From: a virus
Taxonomy: Duplodnaviria > Caudoviricetes
Reading direction: 5' to 3' (one strand)
Length of the DNA: 64,000 bases
Virus record (IMG/VR): IMGVR_UViG_3300027892_002613
Location: 1-64,000 of that record
Under the pieces are notes generated by a model that searched no databases, was not told where the DNA came from, and saw nothing but the letters and a program-made list of their open reading frames with translations. Shown one piece after another: positions 57,002 to 64,000 of the stretch (the first letter of the stretch is position 1; every line of letters starts with the position of its first letter). The translations under genes were made by a program, and so were the position numbers.

Positions 57002-59542
57002 ATGTATCAAAACATATACTACCAACGGAATACCAATACCGTCCACATTTGGGATGATGTAAAAGGATATTTCACTATACCTTACCAAAGATACGCTTTC
57101 AAACCCGCTCAAAACGGAGAATGGGAGAGTATCTATGGTGATAGGTTAACAAAGATTTACAAATACACAAAAGAAGATGAGGGTTTATTCGAATCGGATG
57201 TACCTGAAGTTACTAGAGTATTAGTAGATTTATATACAAATTCAGATATACCATCGGAAGGGCATAGAGTATGTACTTTTGACATTGAGGTAGAGATGAT
57301 TACTGGTCTACCTGATACCGAAAAGGCACAGAATGAAATAACTTCTATTGCTGCACATGATTCGGTGGAAGATTTTTATTATGTGTTAGTTCTCGATAAA
57401 AAGGGAACAATGACTTCTTCAAAAACGGAAAACAGAATTGTAGTTCCGTTCAAATCAGAAGGAGAAATGCTATCTAAGTTTCTCTCAATATACGAACACA
57501 TTAACCCAACAATTATTACTGGGTGGAACATCGATTTCTTTGATGTTCCTTATCTTTACAATCGTTTAAAAAATGTATTAGGTGAAAAGCAAGCGAGAAG
57601 ATTATCTCCTATCAGAGAAGTATTCTTTTCACCGTATAGAAAGAAATGGTTTATAGGAGGAGTATCCGCATTAGATTATTTAGTATTATATAAGGAATAC
57701 AACTATACTGAATTAGATAACTATCGTTTGGATACCGTTGCTAAAATTGAATTAGGTAGAGGTAAGGTTGAATACTCTGGTAATTTGGATGATTTATTTA
57801 GAGATGATATTGAAAAGTTCATTGAGTATAACTTAGAAGATGTTCGATTGATTGTAGATATGGATAAAAAACTACAATTTATTGACCTATGTAGAGGTAT
57901 TGCTCACGCCGGACACGTTGCTTATGAAGATGTATTTTTCACATCTCGTTCATTAGAAGGTGCGTTATTATGCTTCCTAAAACAAAGAGGTTTAGTAGCA
58001 CCAAACAAAATGAGGAAAGAGGATTCGGATAGAATGTTAGATTCAATGCGAGAACAGGGTGGTATAAATGAAGGGGCAAAAGACCAAAAGTTTATCGGAG
58101 CGTATGTAAAAGACCCGATTGTTGGTAAGTATGATTGGATATATGATTTGGATTTAACTTCACTATATCCATCAATCATTATGACGGTGAATATCTCACC
58201 CGAAACAAAGATGGCAAAGGTTGACAATTGGGATGTTCAGAGGTATCTTAAAAAAGAAGATGATTTCTATACAATAAGCGGAAAACAAATAGCAAGAGAT
58301 AAGTTTGAAGATTTTTTAAAGAGTAGTGGAAATTCAATTGCATCAAATGGTGTAATTTATAGACAAGATAAAATAGGATGTATTCCTGCAATCTTAGATG
58401 AATGGTTCAGTAAGCGTGTTGAGTATCGTAAGTTAGAAAATAAGTATGGTGAAGAAGGAGATGCTGAAAAATATGCATTCTATAAGAAACGACAATTAGT
58501 ACAAAAGATTTTACTTAACTCATTATATGGAGTATTAGGATTACCATCATTTCGATTCTATGATGTGGATAACGCTGAAGCAGTAACACTAACAGGTCAG
58601 AGGGTAATTAAATCTACCGCTGATATGGCTAACATCAAATACAATAAAGAGTTAGGAACAACAGATGGTGATTACAACATTTATATTGATACGGATTCAG
58701 TATTCTTTTCAGCTGTACCTTTATTAGAAAAGAGGCATCCTAATTGGAGAGATATGCCGGATGATGAAGTTGCTATGAAAGTGGATGGGATTGCAGGAGA
58801 AACACAGGATTACTTAAATAATTTCTATGATGTATTCTCTGAAAGGATATTAAATGTTTCAAAGGATAAACACCGATTACAGATTAAAAAAGAATTTGTA
58901 AGTAGGTCTGGAATTTGGATTGCAAAGAAACGATATGCACAATGGATTATTGCTGAGAATGGTATTAAATGTGATACACTTCAAGTAAAAGGATTGGATG
59001 TAGTTCGTTCTTCGTTTCCAGGAGCATTCAAAGTGTTTATGAAACAAACATTAATTGATATCCTACGAAGTGAACCAAAGGAAGTAATGGATGAGAAGAT
59101 TATGACATTCAAAGCATCGTTGCCATTAATTGGATTCTATGATATTGCTAAGAGTAGTTCGGTTAAAGAATTATCTAAATACACACCGAGCAAAGGAGCT
59201 ATGTTCCAATTCGCAAAAGGAACTCCTGCGCACGTTAAAGCAGCATGGACTTATAATCAATTGTTGAAACACTTTAATTGTGGATTCAAATATTCACCTA
59301 TGAGAAATGGTGATAAAATGAAATGGGTATATCTTAAGCAAAATCCATTGGGATTAGATACTATAGGATTCAAAGGGGCAAACGACCCGGAAGAGATAGA
59401 ATCTTTCATCAAAAATTACATCGATTATGATAAGATTTTTGAGCATGAAATGCAGAACAAATTAGAGGATTTCTACAAAGCATTAGGGTGGGGGCATTTA
59501 CAACTAAAAATCACCAAATCTGATAAGTTTTTCTCATTTTAA
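57002..59542 (+). CDS. Family B DNA polymerase (gp43-like)
   Basis: Exonuclease motifs FDIEV, GWN..FFD and YN..D; polymerase motifs DLTSLYPS, K..LNS.YG, YIDTDS and KKRY. Confidence 0.97.
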   Translation: MYQNIYYQRNTNTVHIWDDVKGYFTIPYQRYAFKPAQNGEWESIYGDRLTKIYKYTKEDEGLFESDVPEVTRVLVDLYTNSDIPSEGHRVCTFDIEVEMITGLPDTEKAQNEITSIAAHDSVEDFYYVLVLDKKGTMTSSKTENRIVVPFKSEGEMLSKFLSIYEHINPTIITGWNIDFFDVPYLYNRLKNVLGEKQARRLSPIREVFFSPYRKKWFIGGVSALDYLVLYKEYNYTELDNYRLDTVAKIELGRGKVEYSGNLDDLFRDDIEKFIEYNLEDVRLIVDMDKKLQFIDLCRGIAHAGHVAYEDVFFTSRSLEGALLCFLKQRGLVAPNKMRKEDSDRMLDSMREQGGINEGAKDQKFIGAYVKDPIVGKYDWIYDLDLTSLYPSIIMTVNISPETKMAKVDNWDVQRYLKKEDDFYTISGKQIARDKFEDFLKSSGNSIASNGVIYRQDKIGCIPAILDEWFSKRVEYRKLENKYGEEGDAEKYAFYKKRQLVQKILLNSLYGVLGLPSFRFYDVDNAEAVTLTGQRVIKSTADMANIKYNKELGTTDGDYNIYIDTDSVFFSAVPLLEKRHPNWRDMPDDEVAMKVDGIAGETQDYLNNFYDVFSERILNVSKDKHRLQIKKEFVSRSGIWIAKKRYAQWIIAENGIKCDTLQVKGLDVVRSSFPGAFKVFMKQTLIDILRSEPKEVMDEKIMTFKASLPLIGFYDIAKSSSVKELSKYTPSKGAMFQFAKGTPAHVKAAWTYNQLLKHFNCGFKYSPMRNGDKMKWVYLKQNPLGLDTIGFKGANDPEEIESFIKNYIDYDKIFEHEMQNKLEDFYKALGWGHLQLKITKSDKFFSF

Positions 59543-59574
59543 TTTGGTAGTTTGAAATAAATTTCGTATCTTTA
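59543..59574 (+). promoter_or_regulatory. Bacteroidota-type promoter
   Basis: TTTG(59543)-N20-TATCTTTA(59567). Confidence 0.65.
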
Positions 59575-59600
59575 CATTAATAAAAAATAAAACAAAAATT

Positions 59601-60317
59601 ATGGAAAAAAATCGTTTAAGCCGCTTTATCTCAAAATATAATTTGGCAGGATTAGTTGAATCAGTTGCATGGAATTCAGAAGGTGGTAAACTTTCTACTA
59701 AATTCGTATCAGATGATAAGACTGTATTAGGAGTAGTTACATTGGATAATTTCGAATTTGAAGATGCTATTATAGGTGTGTATAACACAAACACCTTAAA
59801 AGGTTTATTAAATGTGTTAGGTAATGATGTACAGATTGATTTAAAGAAAATTGATGAAAAACCAATTTCTCTTTCATTAACATCTGATTCTACAACTGTT
59901 CAGTATCAATTAGCAGATTTAACTGTTATCCCAAATGTACCGGATTTAAAGCAATTACCTGAATTTGGTATTTCTATTGATTTAGATGCAAACTTTATTG
60001 ATAAATTTATCAAAGCAAAGAGTGCATTAAGTGATGTAGATAACTTTACTGTATTAACTGAAAAGGGTAAATTAAAAATTGTTATTGGATATTCTAATAT
60101 CAATACAAACAGAGTTGATATTGTAGTAAACGATAATTTTACTCAAGAAGTTAAACCAATTTCATTCTCAGCGAAATACTTTAAAGAAATTCTTTCTGCT
60201 AATAAAGAAGCAAATAAAGCTACTTTAGCAGTATCTAAGGATGGATTATCACATGTTGAATTCGCAGTAGATGGATATACTTCATCTTATTATTTAGTTG
60301 AAGTACAATTATCATAA
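59601..60317 (+). CDS. Sliding clamp (gp45/PCNA-like)
   Basis: 238 aa, alternating beta/alpha pattern, ends in YYLV; sits between PolB and clamp loader. Confidence 0.7.
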   Translation: MEKNRLSRFISKYNLAGLVESVAWNSEGGKLSTKFVSDDKTVLGVVTLDNFEFEDAIIGVYNTNTLKGLLNVLGNDVQIDLKKIDEKPISLSLTSDSTTVQYQLADLTVIPNVPDLKQLPEFGISIDLDANFIDKFIKAKSALSDVDNFTVLTEKGKLKIVIGYSNINTNRVDIVVNDNFTQEVKPISFSAKYFKEILSANKEANKATLAVSKDGLSHVEFAVDGYTSSYYLVEVQLS

Positions 60318-60335
60318 TTTTAAACCCAATAAAGT

Positions 60336-61283
60336 ATGAGTTTTTTTGAACAACAAGAAGAAGAAGTTCACTCACTTTGGGTTGAGAAATATAGACCTAC
60401 AAATTTAGATGATTATGTAGGTAATGAAAATCTTAAAGCAAAGGTAAGGGGATACATCGAAAGTGGTGATATCCCTCACCTTTTGTTTTTTGGTAAAGCA
60501 GGAACAGGTAAGACTACTTTAGCTAAATTAATTGTAAAAAACATAGATTCAGATGTGATGATTATTAACGCATCAGATGAGAATAATGTTGATACGGTTA
60601 GAAATAAAGTTAAAAACTTTGCAAGTGGGGTTGGGTTCAAAAAATATAAGATTGTTATCTTAGATGAGTTTGATTATATGACTCCAAACGCACAGGCATT
60701 GTTAAGAAACTTAATGGAAACATTTAGTAGGCATTGTAGATTTATTCTAACCTGTAACTATATTGAAAAAATCATCCTACCAATTCAAAGTAGATGTCAA
60801 TCATTTCAGATTGTACCTCCAACTAAAAAAGATGTAGCAGTTCAGATTGCTAAAATCTTAAAGCAAGAGGAGATGCAATTTAATCCAACTGATTTAGTTC
60901 CTATTGTAGATGGATATTATCCGGATATTAGAAAAATTATCAACACTTGTCAATTAGCTTGTGTAGGTGGTGTATTAAAAACTGATAGTGCTACAATTGT
61001 AGATTCGGATTTCCGTATTAAATTAGTGGAGATACTTAAATCAAAAGATGAACTTAGAAATAAGTTTATGAATATTAGGCAGTTAGTTGCAGATAATAGA
61101 GTAACTGATTTTACTGATACATACACTTATCTATACGATAAATTAGATGATTACGCAAAGGGTAATGTTGCAAATGTTATTATAGCATTAGCAGAAGCCT
61201 CAGCAAAAGATGCATTGGTAGTAGATAAAGAAATTCAATTTATGAGTGGTATTATTGCGGTATTGCAAATACTCAATAAATAA
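60336..61283 (+). CDS. Clamp loader AAA+ subunit (gp44/RFC-like)
   Basis: LWVEKYRP, GKAGTGKTT, INASDE, ILDEFD, FILTCN and SRC motifs. Confidence 0.95.
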   Translation: MSFFEQQEEEVHSLWVEKYRPTNLDDYVGNENLKAKVRGYIESGDIPHLLFFGKAGTGKTTLAKLIVKNIDSDVMIINASDENNVDTVRNKVKNFASGVGFKKYKIVILDEFDYMTPNAQALLRNLMETFSRHCRFILTCNYIEKIILPIQSRCQSFQIVPPTKKDVAVQIAKILKQEEMQFNPTDLVPIVDGYYPDIRKIINTCQLACVGGVLKTDSATIVDSDFRIKLVEILKSKDELRNKFMNIRQLVADNRVTDFTDTYTYLYDKLDDYAKGNVANVIIALAEASAKDALVVDKEIQFMSGIIAVLQILNK

Positions 61284-61561
61284 TGCATCAACTTTTAATA
61301 TATTTTTGTGTAATACTAACTCAATTGGCTTTAGCAGTTTTTAAAGTGTTAGAAATCAAATGGGTAGTTGAAAATAATATAACAAAATCTGTAGTATTAT
61401 TTAATATACAAACAATGTTTTGGATTGCTTCTACTGCATGGTCGGTAGATAGTTTTCTAAAAGGAGATTGGATTACCATTACTCTATTCTTATTATCTGG
61501 TTCAATTGGTAAGATTATAATACTAAAATACTTCAAACGAAAAGAAGAATGTGCGGAATAA
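61283..61561 (+). CDS. Small membrane protein
   Basis: About three hydrophobic segments; overlaps both neighbours. Confidence 0.6.
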   Translation: MHQLLIYFCVILTQLALAVFKVLEIKWVVENNITKSVVLFNIQTMFWIASTAWSVDSFLKGDWITITLFLLSGSIGKIIILKYFKRKEECAE

Positions 61562-62997
61562 TAGGAGGTAACGGATTTACTAATAAAACAATTAAGGTGG
61601 GGTTAGATAAAACTATACACAGAGGAAGAGACAACTCTTCCTTTGTTGATATAGAGGGATTCTTAGTTGGTCACAATAGATTATCTATACAAGACCTTTC
61701 CGATAGTGCAAACCAACCAATGTTTGATGTGAATAATCAAGTTTGTATTGTTTACAATGGAGAGTTATGGGATAGTGTTGAAACAAAAGAATTAAAGAAA
61801 TCATTACGAACCCCATTTCGAACCAAATCCGATACTGAAATTATTCTAAATGCTTATTTGGAAATGGGAGTTGATTCATTTGAAATGCTAGATGGGATGT
61901 TTTCATTCTGTATAGTTGATAAAAGAATAAATAAAGCATTTGTAGTTAGAGATTATGTAGGAGAACTTCCATTGTGGTATGCTATAAATAATGATGGTAA
62001 ATTAGTTTTTTGTTCAGAGAAAAAAGGATTACCTATAGATGAATTATTTGAAGAACAAGTTAAAGCAGTTTATCCTGGAACATATCTAGAATATGATTAC
62101 ACCACATTGTATCATTATACTAAAACATACTACAAATTACCTACTAAAATTATAAATGATGATAGGGAAACTATTATCAAAAACATACGAACTTTATTAG
62201 ATGAAGCTGTAGGTGTTAAAATGATTTCTGATGTGCCTATTTGTACGATATTAAGTGGAGGTATAGATTCTGTTATTACAACGTATCTCCTCTCTAAACG
62301 AAAGCCAGACGTACAAGCATTCGTTGTGTCTATGGGTGATGGGAATACTATTAACGATGATATAAAATATGCTAGAATTGCGGCTAAAGAATTTGGTGTA
62401 AACTTAAATGAAATCATTCTTACTGAAAAAGATGTATTGGATTCAATTGAAGAAACACTATATGTTATTGAGCAAGCTAGGTGGCAGAATTTAGGTAGTG
62501 CAATTGCTCAGGTTGCATTAGGAAGAAAGATAAATGAGATGGGATTTAAGGTTGTGTTTAGTGGAGACCTTTCCGATGAGATTTGGGGAAGTTATGGTCA
62601 CATTCAAGCGTTTCATTGGAGACCGGAGGATTATGATAAAGCGAGAAGAAAATTAGTAGAGGATGTTCATAAAACAAACTTCTTAACTACCAACCAATCT
62701 ATTATGTGGGGAGGAACGGTAGAAGTAAGAACTCCATATAGTTGGAGACCGTTTGTTGAATATTCATTAAATATACCACCTTTATATCAGAAGGAAAATA
62801 ACCATATGAAACCTTTATTAAGGGAAGCATTTAGAGGTGAAATTTCCGATGAATTATTGTGGAGACCAAAAGTGTTCTTTGCTAAAGGTGCTAGAACAGG
62901 TGAATTGATAGAGGCTCAAAAAAATACTTTGAAATCTAAATTAAAATCCTTATATTTGTATCGTAATGATATATTAATAAATAAATTCTTTGAATAA
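61549..62997 (+). CDS. Asparagine synthetase B-like glutamine amidotransferase
   Basis: N-terminal MCGI, HRG.D, H.RLSIQD, NGE, SDTE; PP-loop LSGGIDS; SGDLSDEIWGSY; VEVRTPY. Confidence 0.88.
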   Translation: MCGIIGGNGFTNKTIKVGLDKTIHRGRDNSSFVDIEGFLVGHNRLSIQDLSDSANQPMFDVNNQVCIVYNGELWDSVETKELKKSLRTPFRTKSDTEIILNAYLEMGVDSFEMLDGMFSFCIVDKRINKAFVVRDYVGELPLWYAINNDGKLVFCSEKKGLPIDELFEEQVKAVYPGTYLEYDYTTLYHYTKTYYKLPTKIINDDRETIIKNIRTLLDEAVGVKMISDVPICTILSGGIDSVITTYLLSKRKPDVQAFVVSMGDGNTINDDIKYARIAAKEFGVNLNEIILTEKDVLDSIEETLYVIEQARWQNLGSAIAQVALGRKINEMGFKVVFSGDLSDEIWGSYGHIQAFHWRPEDYDKARRKLVEDVHKTNFLTTNQSIMWGGTVEVRTPYSWRPFVEYSLNIPPLYQKENNHMKPLLREAFRGEISDELLWRPKVFFAKGARTGELIEAQKNTLKSKLKSLYLYRNDILINKFFE

Positions 62998-63575
62998 TGC
63001 TTAGAGTGTTACACATACATGAAGATGGTCCTGAGATGGATAAAGCTATTGCAGAGGCAATGGAAACAATTGATATATATCCTCATTTTTTTCCACACTT
63101 ATATAAGCAAGGATTTAAATTAAGAAAATATTTTAATAAACCACATGGTGGAGTGGTATTACAGGATGGTGTAGTTATTACATTTGAAAAGAGTAAAAGT
63201 AATAATAGAGTTGCTAGAAAAACATTTGCAAGAAAAAAGAAAGGTGATATGATATTACATCAAATTGCTGCAAAAGAAAGAAATGGTTCGGCTCAAAGGG
63301 TATTCAATCAGTTTGTTCAATATTGTAAAACTCAGCATTGTGAAAATATAATTCTTTCAGTTAGAACATCAAACGAAATTGCTAGAAGATTCTATGAAAA
63401 GAATGGATTTGAATTAGTTGATTCTAACCCATCAATGTGGAATAGCAAAAAAGATGGACCAATCGGAGGTTCAATTTATAGATTGAGATTACCTGCTGAA
63501 AAGAATATAGAAAACATAAACGAACCTAAAATAAAATTAAACTTCATACAAAATGTACTTAGATTATTTAGATAA
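62997..63575 (+). CDS. GNAT family acetyltransferase
   Basis: LHQIA.....G.A and L.VR.SN..A..FYEKNGF motifs. Confidence 0.8.
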   Translation: MLRVLHIHEDGPEMDKAIAEAMETIDIYPHFFPHLYKQGFKLRKYFNKPHGGVVLQDGVVITFEKSKSNNRVARKTFARKKKGDMILHQIAAKERNGSAQRVFNQFVQYCKTQHCENIILSVRTSNEIARRFYEKNGFELVDSNPSMWNSKKDGPIGGSIYRLRLPAEKNIENINEPKIKLNFIQNVLRLFR

Positions 63576-64000
63576 ATACAAAGGAATGGAGCCGTATCTT
63601 CACATACCAAAAGAAGATTGGACTTACATTAAAGCTACATTTGCTATAGATGATGTTAAAGAAACATTAGCAACTATTCTTATGGAGTATCCTATTCCTT
63701 ATGCTGAGATTTCTGAAAAAGATGCATTGGATTCGTATAAAAAATTAAAAGGAACTTGGTGGGCAGATTTACTTAAAGAAGGAGAGTGGTTTCCTAGAAA
63801 AGCATCAGAGAGTAGATATCCGATAACATTCAGAGGTAAGCAACAATACTTTAGTAGAAACAATATAGGTAATGAAGCATCAAATCATTTTCAACAGGCA
63901 AATCGTTGGAGTGTAGACGGGACAGTTTCTCCTGGTCCAAAAAGAACTTGGGAAACAAAAGAGTTTATGGTTTCACTTATGGGTGGGTTATATACTCTTA
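63553..64000 (+). CDS. 5' part of a gene running off the window; possibly a DNA methyltransferase-like protein
   Basis: Open frame MYLDYLDKYKGMEPYLHI...ASNHFQQANRWSVDGTVSPGP...GGLYTL to the window end. No catalytic motif is visible, so the product call rests on recalled resemblance only. Confidence 0.5.
   Translation, partial: MYLDYLDKYKGMEPYLHIPKEDWTYIKATFAIDDVKETLATILMEYPIPYAEISEKDALDSYKKLKGTWWADLLKEGEWFPRKASESRYPITFRGKQQYFSRNNIGNEASNHFQQANRWSVDGTVSPGPKRTWETKEFMVSLMGGLYTL

Noticed and set aside
28617-62417. Minus-strand and alternate-frame ORFs overlapping tail and replication genes
   Set aside because: They overlap well-supported genes and show no recognisable protein features.
1-64000. 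DGR template repeat and reverse transcriptase
   Set aside because: I saw no AAC-rich copy of 12961-13104 and no RT motifs, and intergenic gaps are short. This was a visual scan only.
1-64000. CRISPR arrays, tRNA/rRNA genes, integrase or transposase
   Set aside because: No regularly spaced repeats, cloverleaf candidates or recombinase motifs were recognised; the repeats found are in-frame coding repeats.
1-64000. Stop-codon reassignment, as in some large phages
   Set aside because: Conserved genes are full length under code 11, and TAA, TAG and TGA all end genes at sensible positions.

Overview
This window is a gene-dense, AT-rich segment of a large T4-like myovirus genome, with every credible gene on the + strand. 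The order is: end of the major capsid gene; about 26 kb dominated by very large Ser/Thr/Gly-rich fibre genes interleaved with neck genes (gp13/14/15-like); tail sheath, tube, assembly chaperone, tape measure and baseplate genes; then a replication and nucleotide-metabolism block (PolA-like, SSB, RecA, 5'-3' exonuclease, helicase, NrdB/NrdA, thioredoxin, PolB, clamp, clamp loader) and the start of a likely modification cluster (AsnB-like, GNAT). Seven TTTG-N20-TAnnTTT(G/A)-type promoters and A-rich, SD-free starts point to a Bacteroidota host. The most unusual signals are: a GC-rich, NNC-codon-rich stretch resembling a DGR variable region inside a fibre gene, with no TR or RT seen here; three phycobiliprotein-like CxRD repeats in a 2879-aa fibre; a glycosyltransferase and a Hint-domain protein embedded among [ST]-G-S-rich virion genes; a probable +1/-2 programmed frameshift in the tail chaperone; and a 1419-aa multi-enzyme protein. 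All family assignments come from motif recognition by eye, not from database searches.
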